A DNA stretch of 64,000 nucleotides from Spongospora subterranea f. sp. subterranea (taxonomy: Eukaryota), in the NCBI GenBank assembly GCA_049724395.1, contig JAUGWO010000140.1, forward strand, positions 62,001-126,000, in the 5' to 3' direction. Made by a program: the position numbers and the translations under genes. How positions within the stretch are numbered: the stretch's first letter is position 1; the number at the start of each line of letters is the position of its first letter. Below the pieces are notes generated by a model. It searched no databases and was not told the origin of the DNA. It worked only from the letters and a program-made list of their open reading frames with translations. This document shows, piece by piece, positions 38,522 to 52,507 of the stretch.

Positions 38522-41500
38522 TCAAGAGAGCTTATCACATATTGCTTGCAGGTATTCTAGCCCGAAATACTTGCCGATTCTAGAGAATATTGATATTTTA
38601 GCGGCCCAATCCTCTGGTGTTTGCCTCAGCTGCAGTTCGCCACTACAAGGACACGTCGAACTCATATTGGTGCTAACGGTTCGACAGCATTTGGCGCATA
38701 CGGAATCCTGGATCTGGTACATGTCTGATTGCCTCGCGACGTATTTTACAAGACCGGTTTCGATGAGACGCATATCGAGCGGATTCATGCATATGGAACA
38801 CTGGAGTTGCCCATGATTGTTGAGCGGTTCTCGACACATATCAACGTCTCTGACGGTGTCGCAATACAGACAGGTCACGTCTGGCACGATATATGTTGAG
38901 CAAGGATTCTTGAACGTCGCCGCCGGACTGAATGCGCTTACTCCCAGCAACTGGAAAGCCGCCGAGCGAACCGATTCCACTTCACTATGCACAGATGACT
39001 CCTGTACAAACCCGTCAATCGATGAATTTCGGGTTAAAAGACGGCTAAACGAACCAAAGACAAAACGTGTGTGCACATCTTGACAAATTCTAGAGGTGAA
39101 CTGACAAAAGGTAGGTGCTTCCCGCGAATATTAGATGGGAAAGCCAGAGCCCTTTCCCTGTCTTCATCTGAATGCATAGCCCCATGACCGATCACATTGA
39201 TCTCATCAACCATTTCCAGTATTCTCCTCATATAGTGCGTCGACTAAAGAAGTAATCTCAAGTTAACAAAGCGAAACCACATTTTTTTGGGTTTTTTTGG
39301 GTTGCCACTTACGACTTGAGATCGAAGATAATCGTTGAACTTCTCTCGCAATGATTCAGCATTTGCCCGCTCATTAGCACGCGTTTCTGCTTCTGAAATG
39401 TCTCGCCAATGCAGATACGGCCGAATCACAAACTCTGTGATGAGCTCGATAAAATGGGCGCGCGGGATCTCGGGGAGGAACTCGGAAATGTTCCACTCGC
39501 CTTACACGTTGGTCAAAGGAAAAGTTTGGGATATAGGTATTTGAGAATACCTTCGGCAACAATATCTTCTTCGACTGGGCATCTGCTGAGATCGTCTTCG
39601 TCTGGTTTCCAAGGAATACCTGTGTAATTGGCAGGATCCATATAGAGCATCGTTAGCCAAAGGCGGTCAAACCTGCCATGAACACAGTCAACAGTCCGGT
39701 GCTGAATGAAAACAGGCAACAACTAACTTGAATGATATGTTCCTGAACATTTCTTGCTCGTTTATGCACTTGGACGCATATTTGAGGAAGGATAATGCTG
39801 TCTGAACGTCATGCCGTTTAGTGCATATTACCATCTTGTTGAACGTGCCTAAGACAATCTAGAAGGGAATGCGTTGAAAAGGCAGGATTTTGGACGTGTG
39901 AGTAAACCGAATACTTGGGATCCTAGAGATTTGAACTCTGAACAGAGTCGATTGAAAACTTTTTCCATTAGGCCGTGAAGAAGACGGTGTAAATGCGGTT
40001 CGTAAAGTAGCGACATTGCGGAAGATATCCACTATGTATCGGTGAGATGTGGTGCTCACGAAAGAGAGTTTGACCAAAACCTTATAAATATTTGAAATGA
40101 CCATGTCGGCAACAGCGTTATGGTTCAAACGAACTTCGTCGAACAGGGTGCAGGCCAGTTGACTGAGTATTGCAAATGCAGAAGAGGACTCCAAACAGTC
40201 TGACGGCTTAGGTCGAAACCGAAACCTTGGCTTAGGCGCTGCAGAAGAAAACGTACTTACTTGACTGTCATTGGAACATCTGTAAACGAACCTTCCTCTA
40301 CAGCGTCATATCGGGCTGACAGTGTTCCTTCAGCAATACTGACCATTTCGTTGATCAAAAGGGCGTTCGCCGCCATATTGCACATTTCAAACTCAATGCA
40401 GATGCCACGGTATGACCTAAGAAAGGAGAGCATTGATATTCAAATTCAATGGGTTATGGATACCGACCCTGGGGAAATTCTTTCGGGATTAACAAGAGTC
40501 TCATCATAAAGGGAATCGCATTGCGAAGGGCGTTTACTTCCTAAATCTAAGTGACAAACTGTCAAAAAAAGGAAATGAACAGGACGGAATCGATATACCT
40601 GGACAATGTGAAGGAGAGCACCAGAGAATATGGTCGTGCTGTTTAAGTAAACGAGCGAAGAAAACATCAATAATCAAAGATGCTGATCGGCTCCCCATAT
40701 TGCCGATGGGAATAAGGCTGTACGAACTGCAAGCCAGATAATCGGCCAAAACTCGCTCCATGCATAAAAACCTGATAAAAAAAGATATTCGCGTCAGGCC
40801 TAGCATCTTTGCCTGCAAAGCATTTGAACCTGGCAGTCATTATTCGACAGCACGATGTGACCCATTGCAACGTCTCGAATCGGTCGTCAGCGAGATTTGG
40901 AGGAATCTCAACAACCGGGAAGGACGACCGATGACCTAAAACGATTGACGCGGTGGCGAATACGGCTTAGCAAAACACATTGATTACCAAACTGTGTCAG
41001 ATCTCCGATAGATGGGAGCAAAACTGATGATATCTGGGTTATCAGCAGTAAATTCTCGCGATGAGATTTACAAAACGCCAGCAACCTAATTAGACCCATT
41101 AACAGAATTCGCCGCATCTATCGAATCACCGACTTTTTTTTTAGGTCCTCGGCGCCCTTGTTAATGGTTTTGACAACCGTTAACTTTGTATGAATAGTGC
41201 AGCTTGTGTCAATCCCAAGTTTCGCCGATAGAGCATCGACGAAACTTGCTAGCTCAGGTCGCTCAGTGGGATTTCCTCGGGTACTAACAATGAACACAAA
41301 TGCCTGATATACCCAACCAATGACTTCCTTATGTTGCTGATTTGACGACGATGCAATTACATGTATCGATTCGGAGTCTGGAACAAACGCGCCTAGCACA
41401 GCGCGGTCGGGATGACCAGTCGCGTAAATGAAGATCTTCCTTATGCCCGCATCGCCCATACCTGGGCAATACCGACTTTGCGTACCATCAACAAACTCCA

Positions 41501-44500
41501 ACTCTGAAATTGAACACCCTTTACGCCAAAGATCATCTCTTGCAATTCAAACGAAAGTCTGAAACTGGACAAAAAACGCTGGCACAGGGCATTTACCTTT
41601 TTTGAATACGGACCATATTGCCCAACTGCATTACTGCACGGAAAACAGGAGAAATATCAGACTCATAGACAGCGTCTACGAAACTTTGACGACGAAAATC
41701 CTCAATTTCTTCGCGCGTCACCGATGTTGCTTCGTATAGAAAGTGTATTGGGCGAGAACGCGGTAATGTACGTCGGACCTGAAGTGGATGAGAAGAGAAT
41801 TCTTAGAGGAGAGCAACATACTTGTCGCAAATCGGCAAGTTCTACAAGCGAATTGATATAAACAGTTCGAGGAACGTGCATGGAAAACTGTCGCATTTCG
41901 CTGTGCTCCTGTTAAGCGCTCAGCGATTGGTCAAGCCTAACGGTCCATTCTGCCTACCGGAAGATAGACCCAGACGACAACTGAATCATCTGATTCTCCA
42001 CATTGTTTGTACTGAACTACCTGCATTATGACAGAGCGCGATTTCGATTCTATAACAACCACAGTTAGAACTCAGATGGCGCAGCACTTAATATGAAATA
42101 GTACCAACAATACGCTGCAACTTTTTGTGTTTAATCTTTTCCTCAATATTATTGCATTGGGCAACTTTGCGTTTTCGAAGGCTTTGCCATCGTTTTTTTT
42201 CATACTGGACAACAAAAACAGATAAAAAACAATGTAAAGCAACGCCACATTCAAGTGAGACCGATAGCCACGACGCAAAATCTTGTCGCATGTTAGGCGC
42301 GTTTTCGTGCGAAATAATCGCGACAGTCTGATTGTCGGAACGGGACACAGTCTCCGAAACAGGCGTTCGTTCCGCGACAATGGTATCTTCAATATCAGCA
42401 TCCAGAGTGTTTTCGACTGGTTTGACCGAGAAGAAACGTGATATCGACGTTTGCTTGAAACTTGACAGTTCCTGACAATAACGCAAGTTTGAAAACTATT
42501 ACTGCGATGGAACGCACGGAGAAGATTACGGTGGCAACACGAGTTTTGAGCCATTCTGGATGCTCTACGCGAGAACATGGATTTTCGACGCCCTGTAACG
42601 CGGCAGGAACTGATGGAATAAGGAATTACAGAGTTCATTCCACAAAACGCATCATACTCGTGATAATCTTCATAATAGCCGAACCCAATCTCGTAGTGTA
42701 ATACGACCAATCCAGGATCGAGCGAATATCGAAATCTTGCAGTCCACTATCTCCGAGCCTACGTGAACAGCTTATTAGCAATAGTTATGCGAAGCAGCGA
42801 TAAACTCGGACCATTTACGAAGATATTTCTTAGATTCAACCTAAAACACATTTCAATGCCTGTCAAATTGTTAGAAACCTAACGTACCGGATTAGCAGAG
42901 AAAATTGCAACCGGAACTGCACGATCCGAGACAGGAGCACCTTGAGGACTTTTGGAGATGATAAACCTTAAATCAAGTAAGGACTTGTTTCAGATTAGGA
43001 TCTGTTCAATGACATCACCTGCAAGATATTTTGTCTTTCAAGAGACCGGAGCCAAGGAACTCTGCAAGGCGTTTGGCGGTGGTAATCGCGGTAGACCTCT
43101 GAGTAGCATAAGCTGAAAGCGACTGTTCGAAATGTTTACAACCATAGCAAAAACCAAACATAGCATTGTGACGTACTTGCGACATCGATTTTGTCTCAGA
43201 GAGAAGTTCAAATACTTCTTCATCTGAAAGATCGGCCCCTTTTCTGTCAAGAACATCAAGCCAACGGTTCGCAATTGCCCCAACTGCTTCATAGCATTCT
43301 TTCAGCGTAGCGCCGTGAAGAAACGCGGGGAATACTTGGCCTGCATACGACATTCGTAACGGCTCTCAAATATATAAATTAGACATCATACTTTGAAATA
43401 CTTTGATCAAGCTAAGCTCACCACGACGCTTAATCTCGAAGCCTGAAATGATTTAGCAAACTGGGGCCGAAAAAGGGCCATTTCCTTGCCTTTTAACTCG
43501 GCAAAGGATCCGTCAGTATTGAAAACGGCATAGCGTTTTTTCAAAGTTTTTCCTTCAGCAGGCGCTGCAGGAATCACCATAGCCCTGTACGGACCGTCAA
43601 CTGAGTAAAACCAGTCAGGATCAACATTGAAAGCAAACTACCCGGATTATCTAGACCTTCAAAAAAGATCGTGTTCTCAGTAGACCTGGCGAAGGATTTC
43701 GACTCTTGCTTTAACGTTAAATATCTGACCAAACTCTGACTCAACGAAAACCAAAAAGTCGTTTCTTCGCCTACTGATCGTTCGTGAAGTGCTTGTGAAT
43801 AACACGGTTGAGGATTGTGCAAGGGTAACTGAATGTAAATCTAGGACGAATCGAATAGAAAAAGGTCAAATTAAAGAGTTTGAGGCTGATGCGGAACGTA
43901 CTTGTGCGTTACGTTGTTATTGTCAACAGCAATAGCAGTGAAGTTCTCAGGAAACATTTTTGGTAAGATACACCAAATCCCATCGGTATCCAACTCTAAA
44001 GGAAGCCCGATTTTTTCAATCAACTCACGAGCCATCTTGATAATGTTCGCTCCTAGAGAAACAGAATTGAGACACAGAGTCAGATTATATGTAAATTGGC
44101 GTCGTTGAAACCTGTAACAGTAACTACACCAGCCATTTCCATCGAATGCCACCTAGCGCCCTACACAAAATGCGCTTTAGAAACAAACTTTTTGAAGAAT
44201 TTCAACGTCTATTTCTTACCTTTCTCATTACGTAACCGTAGAATGAGTTCAGAATACACTGAGAAAATGTATCAAAATATCATACTAACTGCCAATGAAA
44301 ACATGAGGTCGAGTACTTTATGGGCAAGCTGCATCGAATCGTATAGAAGAACCATCGAATTAGCCTTTTGCTTGTCTACCAGGGTTTTGGCATTTTTCAA
44401 ATTATCTTTCCATTCCCTTCGACAGATAAGAAGACTGCGCATTGAAACGTCAATAAATCTCACTTGTTTTTTGCTTTATACAAGTAACGGCGATCGCGGA

Positions 44501-47500
44501 AAGATCGCACAGTATCGACATCTGGGGCAAAAAAGCGCTTAAACTTAAGTTGTACAAAGATAAACAACATGTTTTGTACAAAAAGGATTTTCTCGCTGAC
44601 AGATTGTTGCGGAACGGATTTCGACCTTGTCTTCAAACGACTTCTTATACACCTATAGCATGAGCATTAAATTATCAGGCATCATTTCATCGAGGTTTAG
44701 ACCGACTAACTTTGTTTGAATATTGTTTTACTCGAGCAGCAAGCATTTCTGCCTGTTTAGGGTAAGGCAAATCGCTGAAGGATAAAGATAATGAGCCGTC
44801 CTAGTCAACAAAGAACAACAAATTAAAACACGTCATGTGAAGCTTGTTCAACGAAGGCATACTGGCCCGGGATACATTCTCTGCTGTAAAGTTTCTCGCA
44901 TATGTTCAAACTCTGATCGCTTAGCAGGATAATAGCGCCTATAGAGAAGATGACGAATGCGCTTGGCAATTGAGAACATATTACCCTTTCCAGGCCCATT
45001 CCATATGACGCTGGCATATTTCCGATTCGACATTGTAATCACAAGCAGCGCATATTTTCCCATTGACGATTGCCATAGGCTGTAGGCGATTCGTCAAAAT
45101 CAAGTTGGGATACCTGTATTTCACCAAATTATAAGGTCATGTTAGGTTCATTCACGACGACGGTACATGGCCTGAACATCCAAATGATAAATCAAAGGCT
45201 CAGCATCTAGCTTCGGGTTTTCCAAAAAACACGACAACTTGGAAACGATTTCCGAAATGATCACGTCTGCATTGGTAACCTGCCTGACGCTTATGGGTAT
45301 GCTTACGGGCCAACCGTGTACTTACCTCATCCATACTTCGTTGCCATTCTGTTTCAACCGCAAATCGTAGAGCATCAGCCGCAGAATCAATGAGTTCTTG
45401 AATCTGGGTTTTGTCGATGGCGAACTTTTCAGGGATATTTGCACGAAACACACCTGATTTGAGGCACTCGACATGACTGCATAAATGTATCAAACAATAA
45501 CCAGAGGCGATGCAAAAGACAAGATACCCTCCGATGTATGTTTGTGATTCTAACAGATGGCCTTAAGGGAATTGAGCGAACTATATGATGATGATGCACA
45601 CACCGAACCTTCGTGAAACTGAATAAGTTCCATCTTATCTTTGTTGGGGCAGACTATATTCGCGCGAGCAGCTTCCACCATCAGCAGCTATCATTAGCGT
45701 GAATAAAACATGCAGCGTTGCAAATCAAGTTACCTGTTCACAAAGGGTTCCACTGCCTTTTCGAAGGACATCAGCGGGGCCCATTGGAATAATCGTACAC
45801 AAAGAATATACAAAAAGGTGGACGTATTTCATATATCTACAATCAATAAGTATGATTTAGTTGGCAAATGAAGCCGCTGACAGATAATATGTTGCGACGG
45901 CATCGGAAACAGAATAGGAAGCGAGCAACTGCGGTCGTGATCTCGCAAATGGCAGCATTTCTTCAGGGTCAATTTCAATTGGATTATATGAAAGTTTAGC
46001 CTGCAAGAAGGTTAAACACGTTTTCTAAAATTTCTGTGGGCATAAAACCTTAGTCACAGCTTTTAAACCTTGCGACCCCTGCGGAAGATACGAATCACGA
46101 CGCACCCAGCAAAATGCATCAAGATGTACGACGAATCGCCCAGCGTATTCATCACCTATATCGCGGTGCATTAACTCGAATTTTCATATGAGAAACCAAA
46201 CTACCAGAATTTTTCAATCCTATTCCGATTCTTCTCTGCATTGACAATCCGTAATGTGCAATCCGGGCGTCTAGAAACCTAAGCTCAGATTTAAAAAAAT
46301 GCAGAAGAAATCCGACATAAGGCCGATACTTGAAGTCGAAAAAGTCTCCGTTATAGGTTGTAACCACATGTGGTCGAATTTCTTGTAAATGAGTCATAAA
46401 TCGTTCTAAGAGCGATTTCTCATCAACCTAACAGGTGTTAAAATCCTTGAAACATTTAGACGCGCTCTAACCTCGTTGAAAACAAAAAAAGGACCAGGAA
46501 ACTCGGGTTTTGGAGTATATTCAAAATTGTCAATGTCTTCCGACACAATTTGTCGGTTGACAATCAGAAACCCCTCACCGTCAACCATGTAAGATATCAT
46601 CATGACTGAATCGACAGAGGGGTCAGGAAATTTTAGAGGTGATTTCGTCGTTTCAATGTCGTAGGCTAGAACTCTTAAATCTGGGATCTAAACGATGTTA
46701 GGCCACAGTCAGCGACACGTGCACAATGTTCCACAAACCTCCACTAATTCGGGTTTATGAGTAAGCACTGTATCGCCTTCCCTAATAGCTACATCATACC
46801 AAAGGCCAGCGCGATAGCCTTTGGCGATACAAACGGCCTAACAGGTACGAGTAAGCAGCAGCAGATAGCACAGCAGGGTCAGAAGCACCTGAGTATATGG
46901 GACATCAAACTCCCGCATATCCAAGAGTGCATTGAGGCATTCGATTTTGGATAATTTTGACTTCCTTTCACGATCTTCTTCATCCCAACTAAATGCTGTG
47001 AACTCGATATTCAGTACATGGACAAATTTCTTATAAAGTACAAAACCTTCAGCATTTCCGACGTATTTCCTATTCCTGGCGGCAAATGGATGCAAAAACT
47101 TTCTGACAGTCATCAACTGCTGTCCGTTGGAAAAAGAAAGTTTGAGAAAAAGAGCTTGGATCCCTGCCGAAAAAGTCGAGACATAAGGCCTCTGTGTTCT
47201 TGATCTGTATGATATTACCTGAAAGATGATTAGGCAGATCCAAATCCTCCATTCGCTTGAGTTCAATTGAGAGGATAACACCTTCGAACCTCTTCAATAA
47301 ATATTGTTCAATTTCCATCCTCCTTTCTTCCTAAATATGACTTCTAGTAACACAATACGTTTACAATTCCCAGAATACCTTGACACGAATCAGAAAGTAA
47401 GGTGGTACAACAACGGTGGCCCTAAACTCATCACCATCCTCCCCCACGAAGTAAAAATTAACCGCGGATCGTTCAACTCTGGTCTCGGGATCAAACACCG

Positions 47501-47774
47501 ACGTCTTTGAAAAAACAGCAAATCAAATCATGACCAAAATCAAAAACGAATAACTCTCTCTCAGGTTTCAACAATATCGTACCTGATTGAAATTTAGCAG
47601 CCATCCCGTTTTATCTTGACCACCATTCAAGAGCGTATATCCAAACTCATCATCTTGTTTATTTTCAGCCTCGACGATAGATTGTGTGGATTCGGCAGGC
47701 TGTTTAGCTTCATGCTCTCCAACAACCTTCTTCGCCCTCGGGACGAACCCTTTATGCTTGCCCTTGACAACCAT
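38522..47774 (-). CDS. POLE: DNA polymerase epsilon catalytic subunit
   Basis: [17 protein letters not shown], exonuclease AYDIETTK and TYNGDFFD, polymerase [34 protein letters not shown]-terminal Cys clusters. Confidence 0.97.
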
Positions 47775-48969
47775 GAAGGAAACTGCGTCAATTATAGTCT
47801 GTATGGGGTGCGACCGCCCACACCCGGTCCAGATGATTGTGTAACGCTAATCAAGTCACCACGTTACGCTGCCGCAATCGTAATGTCCTACAGCAGTACG
47901 AGTAACTCTGATAAGGGCGATGAGGACGGTGCGCCTTTTTCCGACATCTGAGGATCATTCTGTTATCGGCTTGATAGCATTGCAACCGTTCCTCTACCTA
48001 CATTGATGCGCGTAAACTGTCAAGATTACCTACATTTTCAAGATGAACATCGTTTGAGTTGGCGTTGGCTGTTCGCTGTGCGCGCGCGGGCGACTTGACG
48101 ATTTGCCTCCGGAAGTAAATTAGCCAAACTGGATCTACAATATGCATTATCAAACATTCATGAATCGGCTCTGGCAACCATATATCGCAATTTTTCCAAT
48201 TCCAAAGGATAACGGCATAATCTTGATGTTGAAAATTATGTGTTGAAGAACAAGATACCGACGTAATTGTATGGTAAACTGAACCTATAAACGAAGTTCC
48301 GCACTCCACTCTGAAGGGTACGTTTGAGCTCTTCAAAATTGTCAGCTGATCTATTCCCGCGCTTGGGGATCTGTTGAATGCGATTTTGGGGTAATGATGG
48401 TGAGATAGGGTGGTTACTATTCTAGAAATGATCTTTGACGTTATATTACAAATAATCAAGAATTGTGTTTATAGAATGATGGATCTTTGTATTACGATGA
48501 CTGACCAATAATCAGTGATACAAGTGATACTGACCGCAGACGAGATATTACGCCAAATATTTCATGTACAAGAAGAAACAGAGGTGGCAAATATTTGTGA
48601 TACGTTGATGGCGATTTCGTGCATTTTACAACACTGCAGCCTGCAGCTTGCTAGACAATGGCAGTCTACGATTGGCCCAATCAGTTGCGTAATCGCAACA
48701 ATCTCGACCAGAGGTCTTCCTTAGATAGAAATCAAGGGATTTCCTAGGTCCAATATTAAACTGGATTATAGTGGGTTTCAACATATGCAACAAAGGATCA
48801 CGTAATTGGGGGAAATGTTTGCAACAGTCATAACAGGCAAAGCTGAAAGTCTATCGCGGCAGGACACAGATTTTGCCTTGGTTCCCCTTTTTGCGTCGAC
48901 GAGTACTGTAGGTTTCTGGTGAAAAAACCAGTTTCGCTGGGTTTCGAACTCTGTAGCTCAGGAGTCAAG

Positions 48970-49081
48970 TCAGGCTCGCGTCGGTAACCAGTCCACAGAT
49001 CAGGCGCGCGTCGGTAACCAGTCCACAGGTCAGGCGCGCGTCGGTAACCAGTCGACAGGGCAGGCGCGTGGCGGTGACCAG
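48970..49081. repeat. 30-bp minisatellite, about 3.7 copies
   Basis: tcaggc(t/g)cgcgtcggtaaccagtc(c/g)acag(a/g) at 48970, 49000 and 49030, degenerate partial copy at 49060. Confidence 0.9.
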
Positions 49082-49235
49082 GTGTATAACAGGGGATAGG
49101 GGTCCAGTTATTATTTTACCGAGCCTGAATACCGGGTCGATGATTAGGGTGGCCTTGATATAACAGGCGGCCGGATAGAGGTGCCGGGGTCAAAAGGCTA
49201 CAGATAACGCGATCCTCTTTGAATCTGGAGCCCCG

Positions 49236-52215
49236 ATGGGGAATAATCTGTCAGCCGTCCCAGCTCCTCGCTCTAGAAGGTCGTCAAGCATGTCAGAGGA
49301 ACAATCTTCCCCGAAACGACGTGTTGGTAGGACTCTTTTTAGTTCAGTTTGGCGCAACGTTTGTCAGATTCGACGGTTTCAGCATCACGACGAAGAGCGT
49401 CAGATTCTTCTTTGGACGCCTCATTCGATTGTCAAGGTTCTCGACAGAACCGAGGCGGCGGTGATGAGCAACCTATCTCGTCATTACCAATGGGAGGAAT
49501 AACCACTGAAGGTCATCGCCAAAGAAATCTATTTGCATGGTGCTCCTGGTGCTACAAAGAGTGTAATATATCCGGGTTCACTGTCAATACATCGTCGCTA
49601 ACTCTACTCCATTTTATGCAGGCTTGCATGGAAGGACGCAAAAAAATCGTCTAAGAAGATCCCTATACATGTGCCTTAACTGTGTAAGGTAATCCATAGG
49701 CCAAGGGCAATTTTTCGTAATGTTTTGCGGTAATGATAGTGTTCGCAGGAGGACCCTACCTTGCAGGTGGTGCCAACAAGGTATGGCACGTGGACATCGA
49801 GATTACGACGATATGTTATGCGCCAAATGTGATGGTACAATTATTGCATGGGGCTCAGTTCCGTCGACAATTCGTACTGTGGGATGGTGCTCGTGGTGCT
49901 ATGACCTCACCTCTCATGATATTCGCATGACCAACGTTGTCCGACGTAATACCTATATGTGTGAGGCATGTGGTGGTAGGACCGCTCTCTGCATATCTTG
50001 TAAAAAAGCCTTCACGCGATGCAATTCGTTCTACGATGATTACCTATGTGCATTGTGTCAAGGAATGATGACTTCATGGAATGATGTCGACACCAATCGC
50101 AAAAAGAGTCTGGCTGAAGGTCTCACAATTCTTGATCACGACGATCCATATCAGTCTATTTATCCGTTGAGGAGGGGCCAATATGTCAAAGCTCTCGTCG
50201 ATGCCAAATGTTTTTATGAATCTCTCCTGGAAACTTTGAATGCCGCAACAGAATCCGTCTTCATGTCGTTTTGGCATCTGAATCCCAAAATATACCTTCG
50301 GAGAAATCCAGGAACCGAGCCCGATATCTCTGATCGATTTGATTCGGTCCTCAAAGCCAAAGCCAATCAAGGAGTAAAATTCTACATTATCCTTTGGAAA
50401 GAAAATTTGACCGCTGTCGTCAACAATTTTAGTGAAGAAGTGGCTAACGAGTTAGAAGGTTTGCACTCCAATATCTTTGTTGTCCGTCATGGTCCGCCAA
50501 ATCCATTATTGACATATTATTGTCATCATCAGGTATGTTAAATACACATTTTATGTTGATGCCATGATTTCAGCAAATGTGGTTAGAAATTCGTGGTTGT
50601 CGATCAAGATATAGCGTTTGTTGGGGGATTGGATGTATGCTTAGGAAGATATGACGACCCATCTCACGTCTTAAACGACGAGGACTCACAAATTTGGAAA
50701 GGCGTCGATTACTACAATCCCCATTTGGTTAGACCTTCCTCGATCAAAAGTTTCTTCACCGACGTGATCGATCGGCAATCCGTTCCCCGGATGCCTTGGC
50801 ACGATATCGATTTTGAGGTACGATTCCAGCATCGTAGCCCTCACTCGATTGTAGCAAACAATGACGCCGTTCGTTCGATTGTAGCTGCATGGCTCGACGG
50901 CCCGGGACGTTGCCCGAAACTTCGTCGAAAGGTGGAACCATCACATTGGAAGTTCCGGCCACCGAGACCTTATTTTGACTCCACGACCACATGACGAACC
51001 TCCCATTGTAAAAAAGCATATCTCAACTGCAATTCAACAAAGTTTGAACTGCGTTGGTTTAGCAATCTGTAAAATCTGGAACCTGCATTTGTCAAGTTAT
51101 CCGTTCGATGGGACAATGGAGTGGAGCTTCTAGGCTTGATCGATCGATCTGTATGTCTGGCTAATTCTGCCACTGCTTTAGTGATCAACGCTGAAATTGT
51201 GTAGATGGCGCTTATATCCACGCTGTCATGTCAGCTCAAAAATATATTTACCTGGAAAATCAATATCTGAGTTCAAGTGTCGCCGGAGACGGCGTCGAGA
51301 ACATTGTCGCTCAAAGAATCATCGATCGACTGAAGGAGAAGATCTTCAGCCAAAGAGACTTTCAGGGTCATCATCATACTACCCCAACCAGAAGAGACCG
51401 GAGATAGCGCCATGGAGTTGCTACGCTGGCAATATCAAACCATCAACCGAGGCGGAACCTCAATGGTTGAGCAACTCGCGCGTGCGTTTCCCGATGTTGA
51501 TCTCGAGCAATATCTGTCGTTCTTTTTTCTACGGCAACACGGGTTCTTGTGCGGTCGCCCGGTTACAGAAAAAGTCTTCACACATAGCAAAATTTTACTG
51601 GTCGATGATCGCATCGCTCTTGTTTCGTCAGCCAATTTCAACGATCGGAGCCTGCTTGGTGATCGCGATAGTGAGATTGGCGTCACTGTCGAAGATGAAG
51701 ATTCATTGCAGATACCGATGGACGGCGCGTCGTTTTCTGTTGGGCGATTTCCGCATGAGCTGCGTCTGCAACTTTGGGCGGAGCATCTTGGCTTATCTGG
51801 ATCTGATACCGAACGAATCATTGATCCGATATGCGATTCCGTGTATAACGGCATCTGGATGAAAACTGCTCGAGATAATACTCGAATCTTAGAACAAGTG
51901 TTTCCTAGTAAGGCCGTTTTCCGCCACTTCAGCACTCAAATTTACCATTTTTGTGCTTCTAGGTATTCCCCAAAATCATCATACTACAATGAAGGTGAGC
52001 TCACATGCGCTTGTTCAATATCATCGTTTGAACAAGCTCTATACTAGATATTCAAAAAGGAGCATGGGCTAGAAGTTCCAGCAGTAGCCGTCACCGATGG
52101 AAAAGAGCTATCTGGAGTCCATGGGACACTGACAATGCATCCAATAGGGTTCCTGCTCGATGAAGAGATCTCTACGGTTTTATCATTAGTCCTTGGCGAG
52201 AATGTATCGCAGTAG
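49236..52215 (+). CDS. Phospholipase D with N-terminal tandem Cys-rich module and putative N-myristoylation
   Basis: HKD1 HHQ|KFVVVD..AFVGGLD, PRMPWHD, IYLENQY, HKD2 HSKILLVDD..SANFNDRS..DSE; starts MGNNLS. Confidence 0.92.
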
Positions 52216-52507
52216 CGCGATTTATCAACTTGTATATTTGCCATATTTATTTCAAAAGAATACTCCCTAAATTACGGGAAATGATAAAATTCCAAAGAAT
52301 CGCAATGGTGCATCAATAATGTAAATAGATGTGATTAATGACGTTTGTCATCTATCATTCATTGTAATCACGAGTCTTAAGCAACGGTGAGGATGACGAT
52401 AGGATGACAGCGATGGCGATAGCGTGTTTCTTGGCAGCAGCAGCGAAGGGGGTCAGAGGAGTCCGTGGCGGAAAGCCCAGCCAGATAATATACAGCCAAT
52501 TGGGCAA

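Noticed and set aside
47880..48730. ORFs of 153 aa (minus) and 69 aa (plus) upstream of POLE
   Set aside because: No recognisable motif and strand ambiguous; a gene may exist but is unsupported
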